Position numbers and translations under genes: made by a program
The notes under the pieces: model-generated
Seen by the model: only the letters and a program-made list of their open reading frames with translations
Database searches by the model: none
Told to the model about the DNA's origin: nothing
Source: Opitutales bacterium
GTDB taxonomy: Bacteria; Verrucomicrobiota; Verrucomicrobiia; Opitutales; PNEW01
Direction: 5' to 3'
DNA length: 64,000 nt
NCBI GenBank assembly: GCA_965197745.1
Contig: CBDANS010000007.1
Span: 1,504,001-1,568,000, forward strand
Part shown: one piece after another, positions 1-9,766 of the stretch
Layout of the letters: every line of letters starts with the position of its first letter
Position numbering within the stretch: the stretch's first letter is position 1

Positions 1-2
1 TG

Positions 3-2159
3 CGCGAAACAAACGATTACGAAGTGTATCACTGGTTTCCAGCATCGCGCTCGCGTTACCTCATCCACCCGAATCTTAACCTTTGGGTCGACCCCGATAA
101 TCCGGTAACCCAAATGAAACATGATCTATTAAATGACAATCGCTTCCGCCAGGCGCTCTCCCTCGCGATCAATCGCCAGCAAATCATCGATATAGTATAC
201 AACAGGATAGGAGAACCGGCGCAGCTATCACCCGGTAGGGAATCGTATTTCCACCATGAAAAACTGCATAAAAGTTATACCGAGTATGCGCCCGACCGAG
301 CTAATCAACTGCTCGACGCGATAGGTCTTACCGGACGGGATACCGCTGGCTACCGTACGTTTAAGGACGGTACGCGCATGACCTGGCACTATTCTCTGTC
401 GCAGGGGGAAGATGAGGGACCGACTGAGCTAGTCATCGAAGACTGGAGCCGTATTGGCATTCGCGCCATTCAGCGTCAGCCGCCGTCTGCTCTCTTTAGA
501 ATACAACAAACATCGCGCAAAGTGGAATTTTCCATGTGGCCTGGAAACGCAGAATACATTCCTATCGTCGGACCCGAACGTTTTGTGGGCTTATCTAGTC
601 TACAAGCTCACGGCTATTTTAACTGGTATTTGAGAGGGGGACTTTCAGGCAGTACTGAAGCCACTCAACACGACGGCATCGAGCCCCCGATCGATCATCC
701 CTTAAGGCGATCGATGGAATTACTCGAAGAAGCTTACGGTGCGACCACCCGCGAAGCGCAACGCGAGATATTTAATAATATATTCGACATCGCTGCAGAA
801 AATGTCTGGTCGATCAGCATAACCACTTCTCCACCGCATCCGGTCGTAGTTAAAAATGATCTTAAAAATGTTCCTCGTAAGGCAGCCTATAGTGGACGCT
901 TTCACCCTCCGTCCAACGCGGGTTTGGAAACCTACTACTTCAAAGAACCGTATCATTCACCGGGAACCGTTGCACAGATTAAAAAAGAATTAATCGAAAT
1001 TACACCTGCTCCCTATCATCTGGTTGCCGACAAACACGAATCGAAAAGCATTAAACATCTGATAAAACTAGTGAAGTACTTGTTAATCGGCGTTTTCATC
1101 TGCGGCATGATTATGGTCGGGGTGCGGCATCCCTACATCGGCAGACGGCTGCTCATCATGGGCCCGTCGCTTCTCATCATCTCGGTTATCTCTTTTGTTA
1201 TTATCCAGCTGCCTCCGGGGAATTTCATCGAAACTAAAATTCTGGAGCTGCAGTTAAGGGGCGGTCGCATGGATATCAGTGAAGCTGAAAAGCTGCGCGA
1301 GATCTTTCACCTCGATAAGCCTATCGTCGAACGTTACGCACACTGGCTTGGTCTTTACTGGTTTACTTCCTTTGAAAAAAAATACCAGGGCTTATTGCAG
1401 GGTCACATGGGTTTGTCGATGGAGAACCAGAGTCCGGTCAACGAAGTGGTTGGGGATCGCGTCCTCCTCACATTCCTCATATCGTTAGGGACTATACTCT
1501 TTACCTGGGCGTTAGCTTTACCCATTGGCATTTATTCGGCAGTGCGCCAATACACCTTGGGCGATTATGTATTTACCTTGATAGGTTTTATCGGGATGAG
1601 TGTTCCCAGTTTTCTCCTCGCCTTAATCCTGCTCTATTGGAGCGGTAAATATCTGGGCATTAATATCTCGGGGCTATTTTCACCGGAGTATGCGATCCAA
1701 CCGGGATGGCCGAGAGAAAAAATTCTCGACCTCTTACAGCACATCTGGGTACCCGTTGTCGTCCTCGGTGTCACGGGAACCGCGGGGATGATCCGGGTCA
1801 TGCGCGGTAACTTGCTCGACGAGTTGAAAAAACCTTATGTCATTACCGCCATGGCCAAGGGGCTGCGACCTTTTAAACTGTTGATAAAATATCCCGTGCG
1901 CTTGGCGCTTAATCCGTTTATTTCCAGTATCGGCGCGATCTTCCCGCAACTGGTTTCAGGTGGTGCTATTGTCGCGATGGTGCTCAGTCTCCCCACGGTG
2001 GGTCCGTTAATGCTCGATGCTCTGCTGAAGGAAGACATGTATTTAGCAGGATCGATGCTCATGGTTCTCAGCTTGCTCGGGGTCCTGGGCACCCTGGTCA
2101 GCGACCTCTTGCTCATGTGGCTGGATCCCCGGATACGAATGGAAGGAGGCAGCCGTTAA
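3..2159 (+). CDS. Fused ABC transporter family-5 substrate-binding domain + OppB/DppB-type permease (5'-partial)
   Basis: Frame is open from position 3. The N-part has SBP_bac_5 motifs (FRQALSLAINRQQI, NVWSISI, VVKNDLKNVP). The C-part is a multi-TM permease with an EAA-loop-like RGNLLDELKKPYVITAMAKGL and ends WLDPRIR. Confidence 0.9.
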   Translation, partial: RETNDYEVYHWFPASRSRYLIHPNLNLWVDPDNPVTQMKHDLLNDNRFRQALSLAINRQQIIDIVYNRIGEPAQLSPGRESYFHHEKLHKSYTEYAPDRANQLLDAIGLTGRDTAGYRTFKDGTRMTWHYSLSQGEDEGPTELVIEDWSRIGIRAIQRQPPSALFRIQQTSRKVEFSMWPGNAEYIPIVGPERFVGLSSLQAHGYFNWYLRGGLSGSTEATQHDGIEPPIDHPLRRSMELLEEAYGATTREAQREIFNNIFDIAAENVWSISITTSPPHPVVVKNDLKNVPRKAAYSGRFHPPSNAGLETYYFKEPYHSPGTVAQIKKELIEITPAPYHLVADKHESKSIKHLIKLVKYLLIGVFICGMIMVGVRHPYIGRRLLIMGPSLLIISVISFVIIQLPPGNFIETKILELQLRGGRMDISEAEKLREIFHLDKPIVERYAHWLGLYWFTSFEKKYQGLLQGHMGLSMENQSPVNEVVGDRVLLTFLISLGTILFTWALALPIGIYSAVRQYTLGDYVFTLIGFIGMSVPSFLLALILLYWSGKYLGINISGLFSPEYAIQPGWPREKILDLLQHIWVPVVVLGVTGTAGMIRVMRGNLLDELKKPYVITAMAKGLRPFKLLIKYPVRLALNPFISSIGAIFPQLVSGGAIVAMVLSLPTVGPLMLDALLKEDMYLAGSMLMVLSLLGVLGTLVSDLLLMWLDPRIRMEGGSR

Positions 2160-2231
2160 TATTGGCAGAAGCAGGCACCAGACCCTACCATCATTATCAA
2201 AATAAGAAAGGGGCAGGTTACGCTTAAGCCC

Positions 2232-2424
2232 GTGTTATGTTTTAAGTGGAAAAGTTCAAGGTTCACGGTTCGGAGGTATCAGTATCCAGTCGCTTTTAAT
2301 ATTACAAAAAAGGTGGAACGCGGTGTCCCAACCGCGTTTAGAATTATTAATTATTAATCAACTAAGAAGCGTGCTAGGGACAGCCCGCTCCACCTTAAAA
2401 CCTAACACATAAAACTTAACACTT
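2232..2424. repeat. Inverted heptamer arrays (GTGTTAW/GTTTTAG type) enclosing a GTGG-type REP doublet (2312-2394)
   Basis: gtgttatgttttaag at 2232 faces ttaaaacctaacacataaaacttaacac at 2395. Inside lies ggtggaacgcggtgtcccaaccgcgt ... gcgtgctagggacagcccgctccacc. Both motif families recur elsewhere in the window. Confidence 0.75.
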
Positions 2425-2434
2425 CTCGAAGAGA

Positions 2435-4693
2435 TCACTCGATCGTGATTTCCTCTGTCGTCACCGTGATCTCATCACCGTCCTCGTTAGCAAAGGTAGC
2501 ATTAATGCTCTGAGTCGGCTGAGGGGTATTGTCCGATTTGAAATTGTTCTGAGAGATCAGGGTATCAAAGCCGGTTGTCGTCGATCCGCTCTCTGCTACC
2601 ACGATTGAAGCTCCGTTCGTCTGTGCCAAGTCGCCTCCAGTGATCCGCAATCCTGGGTTGCCCGCGGCCACCGTAAAGGAACCTGTCCCAAATAGTAAAT
2701 GCGGTACCGCATCACCACTGGCGTCGATGCCACCTACAGTTAAGCGCACCGCGATCGGCACCCCGCGCGCATCGAAGCCGACCTTCCCCGTGCTACCACT
2801 GAACACGGCATTCGATAACTGTACTCCTCCCAGTCCCGTGGAGTTGACTACTTCCACGAGGGCCACGTCAGCCTGGGCGTCATAGACCTGTCCCACGGGG
2901 AACAGTGCCTGGTTAAAGGCGTTGATCTTGCCCACGGTGAAGATGCTGAAGAAGGTATTGGAGTCCGCTCCGTCGATGACCACGCTCGGTTTGCCCGTCA
3001 CGTACTCCACGGCCTGGTTGTAGCGCGGGGGGACGGCCGGAGGCAGGAAGGTGGCCGGGTCGAGGGATACGGTAAAGGTACCGTTACCTGAGAACTCTAC
3101 CTGTACAATGTCCTCGTTTTCGTCCATGAAGGAAACGCGGGTGATCTGTCCCGGTTTGGCCTGGAGTTGGACGGACTCTCCGGTGAGTAATATCTGGTCG
3201 AAGACGTTGCCGTTGGCATGCTGAATGTCTTCACCCGCGATATCCCCCGAGCCGTCGAGGACGAGAGGGACGGAAGGTGCCGCTACGGTGATGACCGCGG
3301 TATCGCTGTCAGCGCTTCCACCAGCGTTAGTTATCTGTGACCAGTAGTTAGTGCTCGCAGTGAGGGCACCGGTAGTTAAGGTACTTCCGGTCGCCCCGGC
3401 GACAGGACTGGCTGTGTCACCGCTGTTGCCGGTGTACCACTGGTAGGTGAGATCATCACCGCTGGCGGCGACGGACAAGCTCACCGAAGCCCCGGATGCA
3501 ACTACCTGGCTCGCCGGCTGGGTGATGATGGTGGGGCCTTGCGCAGGGGGCGGTCCGTCCGTGCCGCTCCCCGGGGCACCGATCGGGGTAAATCCGAAAT
3601 CGTCGATACCGTTACGTGTAAATACACCTTGGTTCACATCTTCATCATCACTATAAACAATCTTCCCAATGCCTCCGGGTGCTCCCAATTCATCTGCATT
3701 AAAGGTAAGAAAAAAGGGTTTAAAAACCGGATCAACAGACGTCTCCAATTCTGTTACAGTCACGAGCAGGTTATCATTAGTATCGAAGACTTCAATTGAG
3801 CAATCGATTTCTCCTGTCTGCCCCAATACACTTTCACAATTTGCATAAAAATCCACCTCATAAGCGGGAGTTTCAAAGGTGATTGTGAATTCTCCCCCTC
3901 CAGCCTCTACAATAAAAGATTGGTTAACAGAATGATTTGATGCGCCGCCGCCACTCGCTCTAATCCCCCCTCCACTACCACCAGTACTGGTAAAAGTAGC
4001 GGTGTAGGGAGAAGTCCCAATAGAAATAGGTTCCAGTCTACCATCACCTACTCCAAATCCTTCATTCGACTCAAACCGGGTATAGACCGTATTATTGACA
4101 GGCTTATCCGTGGGCGTGTAGCCAAGATCATCAATGGAAAATATACCTGTAACATTGAAAATTCTTACTTCTTTTATACCTTCAAGGAATTCCAGATCCG
4201 TGGCATCAAGAAAAATGCCGCTGTCAGCGACAAAGCTTTGCAAGGCAGGGTTGGCTTCTGGGCTGATGTTAGCCGGCAGTCCTACAACTTCGCCATTATC
4301 TCCTATCACGATTATAACTTCACGATTAAAGCTACCAGGTATATCCGGCGAGTTTATATCTCCTCTGACCTCGATTTTGCCACTCCCTGTTGATTCGGTT
4401 GCGTAAAATTCTAAGGTATTAAACCCCGCGCGGCTACTTATAATTTTCCCTTCCTGACCGGGTCCAAGGGTTAAAGCTTTCGTTCCTGAGTGTAATAGCG
4501 CCGGATCTTCTAAAGTCTCTATGGTGAAGCCAATGAACTGGATATCATTCGGCGGTTCACCGAGTCTAAAATCTCCCGATCCTTCGGCATCTTCAAAATC
4601 GAGAAATACTTCCTGGTCTTGAGGAAGAGCTCGAAGAAGAAGAGAAAAAAACAGTGAGATCAGCAATACAGATATAATTTTCTTTAAACTCAT
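2435..4693 (-). CDS. Secreted Ig-like-domain surface protein, paralog 1 (752 aa)
   Basis: Signal peptide, then two related beta-rich repeats ending DDLGYT/DDFGFT, a Pro linker, an Ig domain (ITQPASQ..LSVAASG..LTYQWY..YWSQITN) and a conserved ~280-aa C-terminal domain shared with 13455-15680 and 16526-18733. Confidence 0.85.
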   Translation of the reverse strand: MSLKKIISVLLISLFFSLLLRALPQDQEVFLDFEDAEGSGDFRLGEPPNDIQFIGFTIETLEDPALLHSGTKALTLGPGQEGKIISSRAGFNTLEFYATESTGSGKIEVRGDINSPDIPGSFNREVIIVIGDNGEVVGLPANISPEANPALQSFVADSGIFLDATDLEFLEGIKEVRIFNVTGIFSIDDLGYTPTDKPVNNTVYTRFESNEGFGVGDGRLEPISIGTSPYTATFTSTGGSGGGIRASGGGASNHSVNQSFIVEAGGGEFTITFETPAYEVDFYANCESVLGQTGEIDCSIEVFDTNDNLLVTVTELETSVDPVFKPFFLTFNADELGAPGGIGKIVYSDDEDVNQGVFTRNGIDDFGFTPIGAPGSGTDGPPPAQGPTIITQPASQVVASGASVSLSVAASGDDLTYQWYTGNSGDTASPVAGATGSTLTTGALTASTNYWSQITNAGGSADSDTAVITVAAPSVPLVLDGSGDIAGEDIQHANGNVFDQILLTGESVQLQAKPGQITRVSFMDENEDIVQVEFSGNGTFTVSLDPATFLPPAVPPRYNQAVEYVTGKPSVVIDGADSNTFFSIFTVGKINAFNQALFPVGQVYDAQADVALVEVVNSTGLGGVQLSNAVFSGSTGKVGFDARGVPIAVRLTVGGIDASGDAVPHLLFGTGSFTVAAGNPGLRITGGDLAQTNGASIVVAESGSTTTGFDTLISQNNFKSDNTPQPTQSINATFANEDGDEITVTTEEITIE

Positions 4694-4832
4694 ATTAACC
4701 CTTTTTATATAGATTGTACCCTAAACCTGGGCTATTACGACTGCTCTTATTTGACTCGTACCGGTAAATGATGCAAATAATATATTATATCCTGTCGAGT
4801 CAGGTCTATACAGCCTAAGCCTAAATAGCATT

Positions 4833-6857
4833 ATGAAGGTAAGCGATTTCAGGATGCCGATCATAATATTATTGACGGCAATCATATATGCAGCATGGGG
4901 CTGCAGTAGGAACGATGACCCCCAATCAAAAGGGGAATTGGATGCCCCGGAACGAGCCGCGGTCAACACGGAAGGATTCAGTTTTATTTACAAGGGGCCG
5001 ATCCCAACCACATTCAGTGAAGCCCCGGAACTGGTGAAACGCGTTACCGCGGGGGAGTTGCCTCCGGTTGAAGATCGTTTACCGGAGGAGCCATTGATTA
5101 TTCCGCCCATCGAACGTATCGGCCGATACGGTGGTACCTGGCGCCGCGGGTTTAAGGGGCTTGATACTAACAATGTCGACCGGTTAATACATGATCATGT
5201 AATTTACTATGATATCGACGGATACACGCTGGTCCCTCACATCGCGAAATCATGGGAAATCAGCGAAGATGGGACAACATTCACATTCCATCTGCGTCCG
5301 GGCATGAAGTGGTCGGATGGTGCCCGGTTCACCGCCGATGACTTTGTCTTTGCCTTCGAAGAAGTAATATTGAATGATGATATCAACATAGTTAAATCCA
5401 ATTACTATAAAGCGGATGGGCAACTGTGCAAAGTAGAACAGTTAGATGAGACCTCTGTTCGCTATACCTTTCATAAACCCAATTATGTGTTCATCGAGAA
5501 TGTTGGAGGTTTAGCCGTTGGTGGCCAGTTCGTTAACGGGGGAGCGAACCCTCCCTACGCACCCCGGCATTATTTAAAGCAGTTTCTCCCGAAGTATGCT
5601 CACTTAAGTGACCTGAAAAGTAAAATGAAAGCAAAAGGGTTAAGTAGTTGGGTGCAACTCTTCAAACACATGGCTTCGCCCCACCGGAACCCGGAGTTAC
5701 CGGTGGTCGGTGCCTGGAAATTGGTGACTCCGATAACCAGTGAAATATACTCCTTGGAACGCAATCCCTATTACTTTGCTGTCGATCCCGAGGGGAACCA
5801 GCTTCCCTATATCGACAAGATTCTACTGCGCCGGTTCGAGGACGCGGAAGTGTTTAATGCACGCGTCATAGCAGGTGAAGTGGATATGCAACATCGTCAT
5901 ATCCTTTTAGACAAAGTCCCTGTTCTCAAGCGGGAAGCAGACAAGGGTAACTACCGTATTCTTATCTGGCCTAATTCAGGGGGATCAGACGCCGTGATCA
6001 TTAACAATCAGACCTGGCAGGGAGACCCGGAAATAGAAAAGTGGCTGAGAAGCCGCAATTTTCGGATCGCCCTATCGCTGGCCATCGACCGGGAGGAGAT
6101 CAACGAATTAATTTTTCTGGGCATGGGCAAGCCAAGAGCTTACGTGGCTTTGTCCGATAATCCATATTATCCCGGACCTGAATATGAAAAAAAATACGCG
6201 GTGCGTGATCTCGATAAAGCCAATGAGATCCTCGATATATCAGGCCTCGATAGAAGGGACCGCGAAGGGTACCGATTGCGGACTGACAATAATGAACGGC
6301 TTATTATTACGCTCTCCATAAAGAGGCAGGCGATGGTAAATTTTGAAGGTATCGCTGAGCTTCTCGTCAATCACTGGAATGATGTCGGCCTGAAAATACA
6401 TTTAAGCGTTGAAGGAGAAAGTTACTATGCGATACGCAATAGAAACAACGAACACCAAATTAATATGTGGGTTACCAGCGGTTCTGAAAATCCGTGGATA
6501 TCCGGTACCTTGACCTGTCCCATTGCTACCAGTGGTTTCGCGCCCCTTATCGGCACCTGGTATTTAACTAACGGTCAAAAGGGTGTAGCCCCTGCCGGTG
6601 ATCTCAAACGGTTGCTGGAAATTTATGAGAAAGGAAATAAGCTCCCCCGGAATTTGCGGACGGAACTGGGAAAAGAATTATGGAGAATTCATAGTGATAA
6701 TCTGTATATGATTGGCACTGTTGGACAATCACCCGCCGTGTACGGCGTTGTCGTGGTGAAAAATAATTTTCGTAATGTTCCCGCCGTTGCGCCCAACAGC
6801 TCAGCACTGCAAACCCCGGGCATAGCCCGAACGGAACAATTCTTTTTTGAAAACTAG
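4833..6857 (+). CDS. ABC transporter family-5 substrate-binding lipoprotein
   Basis: Lipobox AAWGC; motifs GELPPVEDRLP, LRPGMKWSDGARFTADD, RNPYYFAVDPEGNQLPYID. Confidence 0.93.
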   Translation: MKVSDFRMPIIILLTAIIYAAWGCSRNDDPQSKGELDAPERAAVNTEGFSFIYKGPIPTTFSEAPELVKRVTAGELPPVEDRLPEEPLIIPPIERIGRYGGTWRRGFKGLDTNNVDRLIHDHVIYYDIDGYTLVPHIAKSWEISEDGTTFTFHLRPGMKWSDGARFTADDFVFAFEEVILNDDINIVKSNYYKADGQLCKVEQLDETSVRYTFHKPNYVFIENVGGLAVGGQFVNGGANPPYAPRHYLKQFLPKYAHLSDLKSKMKAKGLSSWVQLFKHMASPHRNPELPVVGAWKLVTPITSEIYSLERNPYYFAVDPEGNQLPYIDKILLRRFEDAEVFNARVIAGEVDMQHRHILLDKVPVLKREADKGNYRILIWPNSGGSDAVIINNQTWQGDPEIEKWLRSRNFRIALSLAIDREEINELIFLGMGKPRAYVALSDNPYYPGPEYEKKYAVRDLDKANEILDISGLDRRDREGYRLRTDNNERLIITLSIKRQAMVNFEGIAELLVNHWNDVGLKIHLSVEGESYYAIRNRNNEHQINMWVTSGSENPWISGTLTCPIATSGFAPLIGTWYLTNGQKGVAPAGDLKRLLEIYEKGNKLPRNLRTELGKELWRIHSDNLYMIGTVGQSPAVYGVVVVKNNFRNVPAVAPNSSALQTPGIARTEQFFFEN

Positions 6858-6867
6858 CAATGGAGTA

Positions 6868-6927
6868 ATCGAACAGAGCGCACCAGCGGACGCGGACAAG
6901 CCGCACCACTGAGCCTTGACGTTCTGC
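6868..6927 (+). mobile_element. Solitary integron attC-like site (59-base element)
   Basis: ATCGAAC-agagcgca-CCAGCGGA-cGCGGacaagCCGCa-CCACTGAG-ccttgac-GTTCTGC. It is 60 bp, has AAC...GTT ends, imperfectly paired inner boxes and a central hairpin, and starts 10 bp after a stop codon. Confidence 0.65.
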
Positions 6928-6956
6928 GGAAATAAAATCACAAGAGAATAGAAAAA

Positions 6957-8000
6957 ATGCGATTCATTCAAATTGGTGTAGGTGGATTTGGCAAAGGGTG
7001 GGTACAACGGCTGACAAATAATTCATCTGTCGAAGTCGTTGCGCTGGTAGATGTGAATCAGACTGCCCTGACGGCTGCCCGCAAAGTTGGGAATTACGGA
7101 AAAGATATTTGCTTCTCAAAACTGAACGAAGCGTTGAAGAAGGTCAAAGCGGATGCCCTCGTATGCGTTACTCCACCTGAGTATCACAAGCAGTGTGTGG
7201 TCCAGGCCATGAAGGCGGGTCTTGACGTGATTACCGAGAAACCGATGGCCGATAATCTTGCCAGTTGCATGTCAATCCTGAGAGCATCACGAAATACCGG
7301 ACAGACATGTGTTGTCAGCCAGAATTATCGCTATAGACCGGAAACATGGACACTCGCTCGTCTGGTCGAAAGTGGACGTATTGGCGATATCGGCCAGGTT
7401 AAGATAGATTTCTATATGGGCCATGATTTTGGCGGTGGATTCCGTCATGAAATGAGAGATCCTCTCCTAATTGATATGGCGATACATCATTTTGACCTCG
7501 TTCGCTTTGTTACCGGTCTCAATGCCATGTCTGTCCGAGGTGAAACCTGGAATCCTGCATGGTCAAACTACAAAGGTGACAGTTCGTCTTCGCTGGTGTT
7601 TGAGATGGAGAATAATGTACGTGTCGTCTACAACGCGAGCTGGTCTTCTAAGGGTCAATTCTGTAGCGCGGATGGCAACTGGCTGATTGAGGGTAGTAAG
7701 GGGTCCATTTCATATGAGAATGGAAAGATTTCTCTCAGGAAGGTGCCCAAGCTTTACAAGGTTAATAGGACAGATACGTTTCGGGCAAAAGGACCGGAAA
7801 ACACCATGCAGGATTTTGTTCTTAACGACTTTATTTTTTCAGTAAAAAGCGGTAAACGACCGCAAACAGATGTATATGACAACATACACAGCGTTGCCAT
7901 GGTTTTCGCGGCAGTCAAAGCGGTCAGAACCGGTAAACGAGTTCCTGTTCTGGACAAACGTGTGCAGCAGTTGAATGTAGATGTATGGGAAGAAGCTTAA
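6957..8000 (+). CDS. Gfo/Idh/MocA family oxidoreductase
   Basis: IGVGGFG Rossmann motif, EKPMA, DMAIHHFD. Confidence 0.93.
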   Translation: MRFIQIGVGGFGKGWVQRLTNNSSVEVVALVDVNQTALTAARKVGNYGKDICFSKLNEALKKVKADALVCVTPPEYHKQCVVQAMKAGLDVITEKPMADNLASCMSILRASRNTGQTCVVSQNYRYRPETWTLARLVESGRIGDIGQVKIDFYMGHDFGGGFRHEMRDPLLIDMAIHHFDLVRFVTGLNAMSVRGETWNPAWSNYKGDSSSSLVFEMENNVRVVYNASWSSKGQFCSADGNWLIEGSKGSISYENGKISLRKVPKLYKVNRTDTFRAKGPENTMQDFVLNDFIFSVKSGKRPQTDVYDNIHSVAMVFAAVKAVRTGKRVPVLDKRVQQLNVDVWEEA

Positions 8001-8150
8001 GATCCCCGGGAGTTAAGAAAGGGAAAGGTATAAACCTGAACGGGTTGGGTATTCTCAATAAGTCATATGGAATTACCCACCACTTTTATTTACCCCAAGG
8101 CTAGAAGCTTGACAGATATTTAGGAAGCTCGTCAACTTCATGATACCAAG

Positions 8151-9026
8151 ATGATCACCCATTCCCCGAACAGGGAACCTTTGTCCATGAAGACATCTGA
8201 CAGAGAAAAATACCAGGTGAGTCTTGACGAGCGACATTTTTTCGGCCGCAACGGCTATCTCAAGGTCGAAGGTCTGCTTTCCAACTCGGAGTTGCGGGAA
8301 CTTGATGCACACTCCATGAACCTGCTTCACAACAAAGTGGATCTGAGCCAAATCAAAGGACTGGATCCGAGAAACGACGGCACCACACCGGCCGATATGG
8401 AAGAAAAATATTTCCGCTTCTTTCAGTTCCACCGTCACCTCGAAATCCATGAGCGCTTCATGCTCCACCCCCGTGTCCTCGATGTCCTGGAAGCCCTCAT
8501 CGGCCCCGACTTGATGGCCATGCAGTCGATGCTGTTCTTCAAGCCGCCGGGCCACCCCGGGCAGGCCTTTCACCAGGATTCATGCTTTATTACCTCTGCG
8601 CCCGATACCCTCTGCGGCACCTGGATCGCGATCGATGATTGCGACGAGGAAAACGGCTGCATGTCATTTATCCCCGGCTCTAATTTCGACCCTATCTATG
8701 AAAATACAACCCTGCCTGAAAACACCGAAGATTTTCATGCCCAACTTTTCGAACTCGCGGGTGTGGACCAAAGCAAGGAAATTCTGGCCGAAGCCAAGGG
8801 TGGGGATGTGATTTTCTTCCACGGCCACCTCATCCACCGTTCACACCGAAACCGCAGTAAGAATCGTTACCGGCGCGCTTTTGTGAGTCACTACGCCAAC
8901 GCCCGCTCATATACCGAATGGAGCGGCGGTAATGCCAACCAAATCCTCGTCCGAGGCGCCACCCACCTGCCCTTTGCCCGAGCCCGTTTCATCGCGCACG
9001 AACCCGAATCCATCGAAAAGGAGTAA
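8151..9026 (+). CDS. Phytanoyl-CoA dioxygenase (PhyH) family Fe(II)/2OG dioxygenase
   Basis: FHQD (HxD), WIAIDD..ENGCM..IPGS, GDVIFFHGHLIHRS..N.S..YRR. The start may be a downstream ATG. Confidence 0.9.
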   Translation: MITHSPNREPLSMKTSDREKYQVSLDERHFFGRNGYLKVEGLLSNSELRELDAHSMNLLHNKVDLSQIKGLDPRNDGTTPADMEEKYFRFFQFHRHLEIHERFMLHPRVLDVLEALIGPDLMAMQSMLFFKPPGHPGQAFHQDSCFITSAPDTLCGTWIAIDDCDEENGCMSFIPGSNFDPIYENTTLPENTEDFHAQLFELAGVDQSKEILAEAKGGDVIFFHGHLIHRSHRNRSKNRYRRAFVSHYANARSYTEWSGGNANQILVRGATHLPFARARFIAHEPESIEKE

Positions 9027-9029
9027 TTC

Positions 9030-9263
9030 ATGTCACACATCAAAGTTCCGGCTATTTTCCTGGCCCAGTTTATGCGGGACGATGAACCCTACAACACCAT
9101 CGACAATATCGACTGGTGGGTCGCAGGTCTGGGATACAAGGGGGTGCAGATCCCGGCCTGGGACGAGCGCGCCATCGACCTGGACAAAGCCGCGGAATCC
9201 AAAACCTACTGTAATGAATACAGGGGCAAGCTCCAGGAGATGGGTCTCGAACCCGCCTTGTAA
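9030..9263 (+). pseudogene. Truncated sugar-phosphate isomerase/epimerase (AP-endonuclease-2 TIM barrel), N-terminal fragment only
   Basis: IKVPAIFLAQF...LGYKGVQIPAWD..IDLDKAAESKTYC matches the N-terminus of a ~350-aa family. The ORF stops at 77 aa and is followed by AT-rich non-coding sequence. Confidence 0.75.
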
Positions 9264-9604
9264 CCTTATTAACTGTTTGATTTTTAAGCGGTAATAAAAG
9301 GCATCTGGCTGTAAAAGAAGGACTTGGACGCGCAATCGTCCATTGCTTTAAATATTAGAAAAAGCGATCAAGCAGTAACTAGAGGTAAGTAATGGCAATA
9401 AATCTGATACAATTAATGGGGGCGGGGGCGGTAAAAAAACATACCCTTAATCAATCGATAATCCATTAACCCGTATGCGGCGGAGGTGTTTTTTCCCAGA
9501 GAGGATTTAATAGTTAACCAATCACAGGATAGTAATCTCAAGCGCTGAGGAGCGCTGACGACGTTTTTATGAATGAGGGGATAACTGGCATACCCCTTGA
9601 AGGA

Positions 9605-9766
9605 TCATTCGATCGTTTCCTCATTCACGGTTACCGCAATCTCATCACCATCTTCGTTTGCGAAGATTGCTTCGACAGTCTGCGTCGGTTGTGGAGTGTT
9701 GTCGGACTTGAAGTTGTTCTGGGAGATCAAGGTTTCAATTCCTTTCGTTGTCAGTCCACTCTCTAC
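9605..9766 (-). pseudogene. C-terminal remnant (53 aa) of a fourth Ig-domain surface-protein paralog
   Basis: Translates VESGLTTKGIETLISQNNFKSDNTPQPTQTVEAIFANEDGDEIAVTVNEETIE*, which aligns with the C-termini of the three full paralogs. It is not in the ORF track. Confidence 0.9.
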
